NCBI GenBank assembly: GCA_028717245.1 | Contig: JAQUOD010000004.1 | Location: 65,508-129,507 of the forward strand | From: Candidatus Omnitrophota bacterium | Lineage (GTDB): Bacteria; Omnitrophota; Gorgyraeia; Gygaellales; Profunditerraquicolaceae | Length of the DNA stretch: 64,000 nt | Reading direction: 5' to 3' | Shown: positions 52,509 through 61,178 of the stretch, piece after piece | Position numbering within the stretch: the first letter of the stretch is position 1 | Layout: each line of letters opens with the position of its first letter | Made by a program: the position numbers and the translations under genes | Notes under the pieces: model-generated | What the model was told of the DNA's origin: nothing | The model's input: only the letters and a program-made list of their open reading frames with translations | Database searches by the model: none

Positions 52509-53438
52509 CTAAATTTTCTCTATTACCGCCTGCGCCAACAAAGGCAGCATTATCTCATGGTGGCCGATAATATAATACCCCTCGCCGCCTGCTTGAGTAG
52601 GCCGGTGAACCACATTCTGGCTGGGGCGGTAATGGTATATCATATCAAAATTTGCCGTCGTAAAATCCTTTACCTTATCCCCCAGGTTCCTGGCTAAATT
52701 CAGGGCCTTTAAGAATACCTCCGGTAATATCACCGCGGAACCGAAATTTAAAACTACTCCGCCCTGATTAAGGCCGCGGATATTTCCGACGAGAGAACGA
52801 AAATCCCTCAAACTGCCCTCGCCGGTTGAGCTGGCATCAAAAGAAGGATGCTGATGTATGATATCCGTGCCAATAGCAACAAAGACATAAACAGGAACCT
52901 TGTTTTTATAAGCCTGATAAATAATGCTTAAATCCTTATGGGGCAATTTCACGGCGCTGATTTTACGCGCCACTGCCTCGCCTAAGCCCAGGCCATCCCT
53001 CACTCCTTCTTTTATCGCGCTATTGAGGAAATCGGCAGTCTCTTTACCCATTCCGAAACGGCCGTCTTTTAAATTATCGGCTACGTCCTCGGAGGTTTTA
53101 CCCTGTAAGGCAATCTCGAAATCATGGATTATACCTGCGCCGTTTAAAACAATACAGCTGATTATTTTCTTTTTTAGCAGTTCAATGACCACAGGGCCAA
53201 GGCCGCATTTGATGACATGGGCGCCGGCCATAAAAATAACTGTTTTATTTTTCTTATGCGCCCTGACTATAGCGTTAACGACAGCGCGTATCTCCTTGGC
53301 TTTTAAGATATTAGGCAAGGAGCCGAAGAAACTTGAAAAGCTCCTTTTAGGCGCAGGCGTCTGGGCAAAATCCTGCCGCTTAACCCTGCTCTTCCTTGAC
53401 TTCAGCGAATATGTCTTTATCTTATTTATATTAATCAT
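52509..53438 (-). CDS. Deoxyhypusine synthase-like (DS family) protein. Tentative.
   Basis: The AGAHVIKCGLGPVVIELLKKKIISCIVLNGAGIIHDFEIAL pattern resembles the DHS AGAMV...VDVLVTTGANLTHDLIEA core. Basic N-terminal extension. Confidence 0.4.
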   Translation of the reverse strand: MININKIKTYSLKSRKSRVKRQDFAQTPAPKRSFSSFFGSLPNILKAKEIRAVVNAIVRAHKKNKTVIFMAGAHVIKCGLGPVVIELLKKKIISCIVLNGAGIIHDFEIALQGKTSEDVADNLKDGRFGMGKETADFLNSAIKEGVRDGLGLGEAVARKISAVKLPHKDLSIIYQAYKNKVPVYVFVAIGTDIIHQHPSFDASSTGEGSLRDFRSLVGNIRGLNQGGVVLNFGSAVILPEVFLKALNLARNLGDKVKDFTTANFDMIYHYRPSQNVVHRPTQAGGEGYYIIGHHEIMLPLLAQAVIEKI

Positions 53439-53499
53439 AGAGACTTATAATTTTAGCATAAATCCTGGTTAAATCAACTATATTTAGCTATTGAGCGTC

Positions 53500-53665
53500 T
53501 GTCTTGTCTTGTTTCTCGCAGGGACGCTCGTTTTGCCCAGCGTGCAAAACTTCGCTCGACTTTCGGCCTCGCTCTCACCGATAATTTAATAGCGGGTGAA
53601 CCGTGCCCGCTCGGCCTGCAAACGCCCTGCTCGAAATCAAGCCAAGCCATCCGCTAAATATACAT
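53500..53665. mobile_element. X element copy, near-identical to 19895-20068.
   Basis: About 145 nt at roughly 96% identity with 19908-20050. Confidence 0.6.
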
Positions 53666-53676
53666 CTGTCAACTTA

Positions 53677-53897
53677 CAAATGAATCTGGCAGTTTTCGAG
53701 CGAATGGAGGTTTTAGCCAAAGCAGCTTGAGTGAACGAGGGCATCCGAACGCGGAAGCATTCGGACAGCGAGGATGTTTGAGCCCGTCCTGGCGAAAGCC
53801 GACGGGCGAGTTCCGCAGCTGCCGAGTTCACGAAAGACCTTTGGCGTGCCCGATAGGGCAAAACCGACTTGAGCGAGAAAATTGACAGATTCATTTG
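53677..53897. mobile_element. GC-rich X-family element bounded by perfect 12-bp terminal inverted repeats CAAATGAATCTG / CAGATTCATTTG. It is oriented head-to-head with 53500-53665.
   Basis: TIRs read directly. The interior shares TTCGAGCG and GAGCGAGAAAATT motifs with other X copies and contains several GC hairpins, e.g. GCCCGTC-ctggcgaaagcc-GACGGGC. Confidence 0.55.
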
Positions 53898-53944
53898 ATT
53901 ATATGGCAAAGATTTTCAGTGCGCGGAAGCGAAAACCCTAAAAA

Positions 53945-56008
53945 TTATTCTTTCAAAATTTCATCCGTGGCGTTCACCACATCATCTACGCTAATCGCCT
54001 TTAAACAGGCGAATCCCTTAAGGCAATTATGGGCCAGGCATTCTATACAACCTGCGTCTTTATGCAAAAATTTATCCTTCTTACCCAACGGCCCCCAACG
54101 CAAAGGGCTTAAACCCTTCTGATTCCTTCCAAAAATAGAAATCACCGGCGTGCCTAATGCCGAGGCAATATGCACCGGGCCTGAATCATTGGAAATAAAT
54201 AAGCGGCACCTCTTTAAAATACTGGCCAACTGGCTGACCGAGGCCTTACCTGCCAGATTGATTGCGGGATGGCTAATTTTTTTAATGACCTCCTGGGCTA
54301 TTTTTATATCTTTCGGCCCGGCTACCACTAAAACCTTAAACCCATATTTTGCGATTAATCTATCCGCAACTTCAGAAAATCTTTCATTCGGCCAGACCTT
54401 AGACGGACAACTCGCCGCCGGATGAATGGCTAATAATTGATCCGTCTTTTTTATTCCCTCCTGCCGGAGCAATTCTTCTGCCCAATTTTCCGATTCCGGC
54501 TTAAGGGGCATCAACAGGTTTTTATCTTTCGGCTCAATACCTAAATACCTGACTAAATCCAGGATGTATTCCGATTCGTGCTTTTGGCCTGATTGTTTAG
54601 TGTGTTTTATCCTATCCGTAAGCAAGAACCCTAATTTACGGTTATAGCCGATCCTTTGGGGTATGCCGGCAATAAAAGCTATCAGATGTACGCGATTAGC
54701 AGGATGAAGGACTATGGCTAAATCAAACTTTTTTTTCTTTAAATTCAAGGCAAACCTTAAAGACCTATGCCAGCTCTTATGTTTTATGTCCTTATCATAA
54801 AGGATTACTTCGTCTATATAGGGATTACCCTCTAATATATCTTTGGCATAAGGATTAACCATCATTGCTATATAAGCTGAGGGATAATTATCCCTCAGCG
54901 CCTTGATAGCCGGCGTAGATAAAAGTACGTCTCCGATTCTATCCGTGCGCACAATTAATATGCGTTTATATTTTTGACTTGTGACTTGTGACTTGTGACT
55001 TGTGACTAATAGATTCCTCACCTGCCGCAATACGTCTTCTACTTTTATCAATTGCAGGCATTTCAATGTGCCGAAGCGGCATTGGGCCTTTTCGCAGGGC
55101 CGGCAAAAGATATCTTTCTTTACTACCGCGGAAATTTCCGACCAGGGCCCATACTTGGCTTCGTTTGTGGGCCCGAAAATAGCCACAATAGGCAGATTAA
55201 GATAACTTGCCAAATGCAATACTGCGCTGTCATTAGTAATAACGGCCTTCGCTTTCTTCAACAGGCAAGCCAACTGCCCCAGCGTCGTCTTGGCGCTTAA
55301 ATCCAGGACGGAACATCGGCAATTTTCAGTTATGTATCTGGTAATATAGGCATCGTCTTTATCACCTACCAGGGCCACTTTTACCCCAAATTCCTTTATC
55401 AAATGAGGAATCAATTCTGTGAATTTTTCCTTATCCCACCTTTTAGTATGGCTCCTTGCCCCCGGGGCAATTATAATTATTTTATCCTGTGCAGTGATAT
55501 TATTTTTCCTCAATATATTTTTAATGTACTCTTCATCTTCGGGTTTAATATATAAAGAATCCCCTTTTATTTTACCTGACACCTGACACCTTCCGCCAAA
55601 ATGCTTGGCGGACCCGCCAATATTTTTGGCGGGGACACCTGACACCTGACGCAAATGCTTGTCCTTCATATGCCTGATCTGCCCGGGCATAGACAAAGAC
55701 GGCAGCGCCTCTTTCCTTCCCGTAAGCGCTACCCCCAGCAAGCTGTTACGTAAATCCACGACCAAGTCGAAATTAATTTTTTTTAGTTCTTTAAATAAGC
55801 TAATCTTCTCCCTCAGAGAAGAGTGCTTCTCGTAAATAAACAGCTTTTGGATGCGGGGGTTATCCTGAAATATCTCCTTTGGCCGCGGGCCAGAGAGGAC
55901 CGTAATTTTAGCCTGGGGGAACTCTTGTAATAAGGTATCTAAAACCGGCAGGGTCAATATGCAGTCGCCGATGTTGCTTAAGGTAATAAAAAGAATCTTA
56001 TTTATCAT
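53945..56008 (-). CDS. Tandem fusion of two GT9 (heptosyltransferase-family) domains in a single 687-aa ORF. A repeat-derived linker (VTSHKSQVTSQ) joins the two domains. The N-terminal domain also carries a palindromic in-frame insertion.
   Basis: Two separate heptosyltransferase N-terminal signatures (MINKILFITLSNIGDCILTLPVL and KRILIVRTDRIGDVLLSTPAIKAL) with no intervening stop codon. Confidence 0.7.
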   Translation of the reverse strand: MINKILFITLSNIGDCILTLPVLDTLLQEFPQAKITVLSGPRPKEIFQDNPRIQKLFIYEKHSSLREKISLFKELKKINFDLVVDLRNSLLGVALTGRKEALPSLSMPGQIRHMKDKHLRQVSGVPAKNIGGSAKHFGGRCQVSGKIKGDSLYIKPEDEEYIKNILRKNNITAQDKIIIIAPGARSHTKRWDKEKFTELIPHLIKEFGVKVALVGDKDDAYITRYITENCRCSVLDLSAKTTLGQLACLLKKAKAVITNDSAVLHLASYLNLPIVAIFGPTNEAKYGPWSEISAVVKKDIFCRPCEKAQCRFGTLKCLQLIKVEDVLRQVRNLLVTSHKSQVTSQKYKRILIVRTDRIGDVLLSTPAIKALRDNYPSAYIAMMVNPYAKDILEGNPYIDEVILYDKDIKHKSWHRSLRFALNLKKKKFDLAIVLHPANRVHLIAFIAGIPQRIGYNRKLGFLLTDRIKHTKQSGQKHESEYILDLVRYLGIEPKDKNLLMPLKPESENWAEELLRQEGIKKTDQLLAIHPAASCPSKVWPNERFSEVADRLIAKYGFKVLVVAGPKDIKIAQEVIKKISHPAINLAGKASVSQLASILKRCRLFISNDSGPVHIASALGTPVISIFGRNQKGLSPLRWGPLGKKDKFLHKDAGCIECLAHNCLKGFACLKAISVDDVVNATDEILKE
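54975..55008. repeat. (GACTTGT)x4.5 heptamer array forming the in-frame linker between the two GT9 domains.
   Basis: gacttgtgacttgtgacttgtgacttgtgact. Confidence 0.85.
55574..55652. repeat. MITE-like in-frame insertion inside the GT9 fusion gene. (TGACACC) direct repeats flank two GC hairpins, CCGCCAA-aatgc-TTGGCGG and CCCGCCAA-tattt-TTGGCGGG.
   Basis: cctgacacctgacaccttccgccaaaatgcttggcggacccgccaatatttttggcggggacacctgacacctgacgc. It encodes roughly 26 extra residues without a stop. Confidence 0.7.
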
Positions 56009-56038
56009 GATATACTTAGTAAGCTGTAAGCTTAAAAC

Positions 56039-57067
56039 TTAGGGCTTAAGGCCTTTTACTTTCTCTATTGCCTCTTCGGGTGTTATTGCCTTCATACAAC
56101 GGTTATCTTGACAGCGCACATTATAACAGGGAATCTTGCAGCCTATGTCTTTAAATATAACAGTCGCGTTATATAAAGGAAACGGCCCGGTTATTTCAGG
56201 CGAGGTCGGCCCGAATAAGGCGATAATTCTTTTTGTGCCGACGCTATTAGCAATATGCAAAGGCCCGGTATCCGCGCTAATAAATAAATCCAGTCTCTTA
56301 AATAGTGCGCCCAATTGTTTAAGATTTAATGCGCCGCTTGCTATAACAGGCTTCTCTTGCATCAATGCCTTAATACTTGAAGCCAGGGATAAATCCTGGG
56401 GGGCGCCGGTAATTATGACACTAGCGCCTAATTCGGCGATTAACCTATCAGCTAACCTCGCCCAGTATTCTTTGGGCCAGCGCTTGAGCAGCCAATTCGC
56501 GCCCGGATTGATAGCTATCAAAAATCCGCCCTTACCAAGGGAATGTTTATCTAAAAATTCTTCTACGAATTTGCTGTCTTCATCGGAGACGAAAAACTCC
56601 GTGTACCTGTCCTCTACCGTTAAACCGGATTTTTCAATGAGGCTGAGGTAATAATCTATACGGTGTAAGGTATCTTTTTCAGGCGCTATAATTTTTTTAC
56701 TCAGGAGAAAACCGCGTTTTTTCGTATAGTAGCCTAATATATAACCGATACCTGCCAAGCGGCAGATTAGGGCACGGGTAAATGAACGGTGCAATAAAAA
56801 TGCCGTATCGAATCTCTTCTCTTTGAGTATCTTCACAAAATTAAATTGCGCCAGGACCCCCCTGTGCCTGTCCTTCTCGTCGAAAATTATGATTTCATCC
56901 AGATGGGGGTTACCTTTTAAGACAGGGTAACAGCGGCTGGGGATTACACAGGCGATAAAACTATCCGGGAAGTTCCTGCGGATATTCCTGATGGTAGCCG
57001 TAGAAAACAAAACATCGCCTACCCAGTTTACGTTAAAAATCAATATCCTTCTGTATTTATCCTTCAT
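56039..57067 (-). CDS. GT9-family heptosyltransferase (WaaC/WaaF-like).
   Basis: RILIFNVNWVGDVLFSTATIRNIRRNFP N-terminus. 342 aa. Confidence 0.8.
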   Translation of the reverse strand: MKDKYRRILIFNVNWVGDVLFSTATIRNIRRNFPDSFIACVIPSRCYPVLKGNPHLDEIIIFDEKDRHRGVLAQFNFVKILKEKRFDTAFLLHRSFTRALICRLAGIGYILGYYTKKRGFLLSKKIIAPEKDTLHRIDYYLSLIEKSGLTVEDRYTEFFVSDEDSKFVEEFLDKHSLGKGGFLIAINPGANWLLKRWPKEYWARLADRLIAELGASVIITGAPQDLSLASSIKALMQEKPVIASGALNLKQLGALFKRLDLFISADTGPLHIANSVGTKRIIALFGPTSPEITGPFPLYNATVIFKDIGCKIPCYNVRCQDNRCMKAITPEEAIEKVKGLKP

Positions 57068-57861
57068 TATCTATGCCTGTGCTCCCGCATAAAATTATAA
57101 AAACCCGAAGTCTCAACCCAAAAAACAAAGAGGTTACGGCAATTCTCGGATATCCTTAGCCTCTTTAAAGCAAAGATATCGTCATCGGCAGAGTCCTTGC
57201 CCGGGTTAGTGACCACGGCAAACTTATACCCTGCCTCGGCAACCAGCTCTTTTATTTTATCATTAAACCTGCCTTCGGGATAGCTAAAGGCGAGGACCTG
57301 GCGGCCTAACTTCTGCTCCAATATTTTCTTAGAGTCAAATATTTCCCTTTTTAACTCTCCATCCGATTTTATCTCTACCAGAAGGCCAGGGCCAAGAGCA
57401 TGGCTGCCAAAATTGATGAGCCCTGAATCCTGCATAATCTTAATCTGCTCCCAGCTTAACCTGTCATCCTGCATCCTGCCTACCTCATTAATGATGATAA
57501 ACATAGTAGCCGGAAAATTATATTTTCTTAATACCGGAAAGGCATAGAGATAAGTATCCTTATAGCCGTCATCAAAGGTTATAGCCACGGTCCTTGGAGG
57601 GAGCCTCTTCTTCTCTTTAATCAGAGCGGCAATTTCTTCTAAAGGTAAAACATGATAGTGCCGGCTCTTTAAAAAGCGCATCTGGCGCTGGAAAGTTTGT
57701 GCGGATACGCAGATTCGGTTTTCCGGGTTCGCCTCAGGAGCGACCGAGTGATACATCAATATGGGAACAACATAGTGTTGCCGGATAAAAACAGCTCCTG
57801 AAATAATCAAGGCAAAGATTAGACCCAAAACAATAATTACTACTCTTTTATACCTAGGCAT
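57067..57861 (-). CDS. Polysaccharide deacetylase (CE4 / NodB homology) with N-terminal TM.
   Basis: ITFDDGYKDTY motif. Confidence 0.8.
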   Translation of the reverse strand: MPRYKRVVIIVLGLIFALIISGAVFIRQHYVVPILMYHSVAPEANPENRICVSAQTFQRQMRFLKSRHYHVLPLEEIAALIKEKKRLPPRTVAITFDDGYKDTYLYAFPVLRKYNFPATMFIIINEVGRMQDDRLSWEQIKIMQDSGLINFGSHALGPGLLVEIKSDGELKREIFDSKKILEQKLGRQVLAFSYPEGRFNDKIKELVAEAGYKFAVVTNPGKDSADDDIFALKRLRISENCRNLFVFWVETSGFYNFMREHRHR

Positions 57862-58943
57862 TTTAAATATACCTTTTCCGTTTCTAAAGCCATTTTTTCC
57901 TGGGAAAAGTTCTGCTCTATAAAAACCCTGGCGTGGCTGCTAAAAGACGCTGTTTTATCAGGATGCCTTAGCAGTTCTAATATTGCGCAAGATAAATCCT
58001 GCGTATTTGCCGGCCTGGTTAATAAACCGCTATAGCCATCCTGAATCAAACTTTTTATGCCGCCTATATCCGAACCGATTACGCTTAAGCCTGAAGCCAT
58101 CGCCTCCATCAGCGCAAGGCCCAGCCCTTCTTTCGTAGAGGGTAAAACAAATAAATCCATGGCAGATAATACCCCCCGCGTATCCGTAACCGAAGGGAAG
58201 AAAAATATGTTTTTCTTCAGGCCGAGCGATTTGGTTAAATTTATTAATTTTTCTTTCATCCTGCCGTCCCCGACGATAAGCAATTGCGCATCCGTAATCT
58301 CAGCGATCACTGCCTGCATGGCTTCAATAAGATAGGCATGCCCTTTTTCTTCAGAGAGCCTGGCCACTATCCCTATTACCGGCCCATCGCCCAACCCGAG
58401 TTTTCTTTTTGTTTCAATTCTGGATCCTTTATCTAGGATTTGGAACTTTTTTACATCTATACCGTTATGGATAACCCTTATCTTAGCCTCTGCCACGCCA
58501 AAATCCTTTATCAGGTGTTCCTTTACGGACTCACTGATGGCAATAACCATATCACCCCAACAGGGAAAAATCCTACGGAAGATCCTCCTCTTAAAAAAGC
58601 CGTGGCAGGTAGAAACATAAGGCACCCCTAAAGAACGCTGGATGAACCAACTTAAAACCTGGGTCACGCGGGTATTGGCATGAAGGATATCGATTTTTTT
58701 CTCTTTGATAAATCTGGAGAGTTTAAATTTGCTGATGAAAACTTTATAGCTTATCTCTGATTTTGTTTTTATGGGTAAGGCCAAATGGGTTATGCCACAA
58801 GAGGTAAGATCCGGAATAAGTTCTCCGCCGCTTGAGGCCACAAACACATTGTGACCCCTGCGCTTAAGGCCCGCGGCTAAGGTCAGGGTATAACTGCTTA
58901 TTCCGCCGATGTTGAGATGATTTGTAAGATAAAGAATGTTCAT
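57840..58943 (-). CDS. GT4-family glycosyltransferase (WaaG-like).
   Basis: GGISSYTLTLAAGLKRRGHNV and the EGLGLALMEAMASG GT4 motif. Confidence 0.8.
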   Translation of the reverse strand: MNILYLTNHLNIGGISSYTLTLAAGLKRRGHNVFVASSGGELIPDLTSCGITHLALPIKTKSEISYKVFISKFKLSRFIKEKKIDILHANTRVTQVLSWFIQRSLGVPYVSTCHGFFKRRIFRRIFPCWGDMVIAISESVKEHLIKDFGVAEAKIRVIHNGIDVKKFQILDKGSRIETKRKLGLGDGPVIGIVARLSEEKGHAYLIEAMQAVIAEITDAQLLIVGDGRMKEKLINLTKSLGLKKNIFFFPSVTDTRGVLSAMDLFVLPSTKEGLGLALMEAMASGLSVIGSDIGGIKSLIQDGYSGLLTRPANTQDLSCAILELLRHPDKTASFSSHARVFIEQNFSQEKMALETEKVYLKCLGIKE

Positions 58944-59078
58944 ATTTTAAAATATGGAGCTAAATGTCCAATTATCCAATTGCCAAATCCCAATTAATTC
59001 CCAATTATTCAATTACCAATTGTAGAATTGGACATTGGTAATTTATTTGACATTGGAAATTGGTAATTGGCCATTACG
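58944..59078. repeat. Long imperfect palindrome of (CCAATTA)-type words and their complements (TAATTGG) at the GT4 junction.
   Basis: gtccaattatccaattgccaaatcccaattaattcccaattattcaattaccaattg tag aattggacattggtaatttatttgacattggaaattggtaattgg. Confidence 0.8.
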
Positions 59079-61175
59079 CTATTCTCTTTTTAATAACTTA
59101 TCAATCGCCTCCAATACCTCTTGCGGCTTTATCAACCCCATGCATTTTCCGGTTTTACACTTTGATTTATAACAAGGCTCGCAAGGCAGGTCTTTTTTTA
59201 TCACTATGCATTTTCCCGACGGCGGCAGATGGCGCTTGGGGTCAGTCGGGCCGAAGAGAGCGACAAAGGGGACGCCTTGGCTGGCAGCCACATGCAACGG
59301 CGCTGAATCGAAAGAAATAAAGGCCGCGCATTTTTTTATTAAACAGGCCAGCTGATTAACCGTAGTCTTAGCGCAGGCATTGATTATTTTTATATTCTTT
59401 AAGGCATTCATGAGCATATTGGCCTGGTTTAAATCTTTTTCCGTGCCCGTAACCACCACCCGCATATCCCGGCGTGCTAACTCTACGCAGAGTTTTATTA
59501 TATGCTCCAACGGCCAGTTTTTAGTTATCCACCTGGAGCTGGCGCTGATATTTATGCCGATAAGCAGCTGCTTGGCGCTTAACCACTGGGATTTCAGGAA
59601 TTCATCCACATAATCTTCATCCTGCGCCGTTGGCCACAGCTCCAACCGCGGATCTTCTAAATTTATATCCAGCATCTTTAAAATCCGGAATTGATGGGTT
59701 ACGGGGTCTATCGCGGGCTTTTCATCTTTTATGCGGTGGTTCAGCAGGAAACCGAATTTTTTATTGTCATACCCGTAACGATTTAAGGCCAGGCTTAAAA
59801 AAGCTAAAAGGTGGCTCTTACGGTTATTCTGCAAATCAATGATGATGTCAAAATTTTTCTTTCGCAAGTGCGCGGATAATTTCCACAGGCCGGCTATGCC
59901 CTTACCTTTATTTTTAAAATCGCTTAAGAGAAGCTCATCTATATACGGACAGTTTAAAAGCGCATCCTTTGATTCCCCGCCCACAAGAAAGCTGATTTTA
60001 TATCCGGAGGAAAACTTCTCTCTTATTGCCCTTAAGGCCGCGGTAGAGAGAATAATATCGCCTAAGGAGCTGAATTTAATAATCAGGATTTTGTAACTGC
60101 TTAAGGCCTCCTGATAAACATCTAACGTCTTCTTCACCATTAACCCGATATTATAAAATTCTTTTACCTTTTGATAGGCATTCTCAGCCAGGGTGCGGCT
60201 TAATTCTTTATCTTTAAATATACTGATGGCAGCGTCAGCAATGGCTTGGGGGTCAGCCGGGGGAACAAGCAGCCCGGTTTTATGGTTATCGATAATATCG
60301 ATTACGCCGCCTACGCGGCTGGCGATTACCGGAACGCCGCAGGCCTGCGCTTCTATAATCACCCTGCCGAATGCCTCGTGGGCCGTAGTAGGCAATACCA
60401 GAAGGTCCAGATTTGCCATTATTGCCGGGATATCCCTTTGGGTACCTAAAAATTGGGTGCAATGCCAAAGCCCCAGCCTCTTGATTAATACCTGTACCTG
60501 TTCTTTATAGGCCTCTTTTGAGGCAGGCGCCTCGCCTATAATCCATATTTTTAAACGCGGGATAACGCGGGCGGCCCTAGCCATGGCCTTAATAAAATGC
60601 AAATGGCCTTTTATGGGAGTGATCCTGCCTATTATACCTATATTAAATTCTTCTCTTCTTTTTTTATCCGGGCTCACATACCTGAACCTCTCCAGATCTA
60701 CGCTACGCGGTATTAATCTTAAACGCTCATGGGGCGTGTCAAAATCCTCAATCATATGCCGGGCAATCACATTACTCAAGACAATAACTCTTTTGCTCCA
60801 GCCCATGACATAACTAAAGGGGTGCTTTTTATAATAACCGTGGCAGGTAGTAATAAATACCCTATTGGTACGGCGGCAGGCAAAATAGGCAATCCAGGCA
60901 GGGACGCGCGAACGCGCATGCACGATATCGATCTGTTCCCTGCGGATAATCTCAGCTAACCTGGAAACCATCTTTACCATGGTGAATAAGGATTTCTTAT
61001 GCACGGGTAACTGATAATGTGTGGCGCCGAAGGACTCAAGCGTCCTGACCAGCTCTCCGCCGTTTGAAACCACCACTATCTTATGGCCCATCCCGACGAG
61101 TGCCTTCGCCAGGTCAAGCGTGCCGGTCTCTACTCCTCCCACATTAAGTTCGGGTAAAATCTGAAGGATATTCAT
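59079..61175 (-). CDS. Fusion of an N-terminal GT4 glycosyltransferase and a C-terminal GT9 heptosyltransferase-like domain (698 aa).
   Basis: MNILQILPELNVGGVETGTLDLAKAL, then a GT4 E-x7-E region, then SYKILIIKFSSLGDIILSTAALRAIREKF as the GT9 start. Confidence 0.7.
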   Translation of the reverse strand: MNILQILPELNVGGVETGTLDLAKALVGMGHKIVVVSNGGELVRTLESFGATHYQLPVHKKSLFTMVKMVSRLAEIIRREQIDIVHARSRVPAWIAYFACRRTNRVFITTCHGYYKKHPFSYVMGWSKRVIVLSNVIARHMIEDFDTPHERLRLIPRSVDLERFRYVSPDKKRREEFNIGIIGRITPIKGHLHFIKAMARAARVIPRLKIWIIGEAPASKEAYKEQVQVLIKRLGLWHCTQFLGTQRDIPAIMANLDLLVLPTTAHEAFGRVIIEAQACGVPVIASRVGGVIDIIDNHKTGLLVPPADPQAIADAAISIFKDKELSRTLAENAYQKVKEFYNIGLMVKKTLDVYQEALSSYKILIIKFSSLGDIILSTAALRAIREKFSSGYKISFLVGGESKDALLNCPYIDELLLSDFKNKGKGIAGLWKLSAHLRKKNFDIIIDLQNNRKSHLLAFLSLALNRYGYDNKKFGFLLNHRIKDEKPAIDPVTHQFRILKMLDINLEDPRLELWPTAQDEDYVDEFLKSQWLSAKQLLIGINISASSRWITKNWPLEHIIKLCVELARRDMRVVVTGTEKDLNQANMLMNALKNIKIINACAKTTVNQLACLIKKCAAFISFDSAPLHVAASQGVPFVALFGPTDPKRHLPPSGKCIVIKKDLPCEPCYKSKCKTGKCMGLIKPQEVLEAIDKLLKRE

Positions 61176-61178
61176 CTC

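Noticed and set aside
53677-53897. Retron hypothesis (inverted repeats flanking a structured GC-rich RNA).
   Set aside because: No reverse transcriptase gene is adjacent (the neighbours are glycosyltransferases and a DHS-like gene). The same element family occurs at several unrelated loci.
53637-53909. 90-aa minus-strand ORF in the hldA / GT9 intergenic region.
   Set aside because: It spans a GC-rich X-family repeat with perfect TIRs. The translation is R/A/S-rich with no start context. Most likely a chance ORF in GC-rich repeat DNA.
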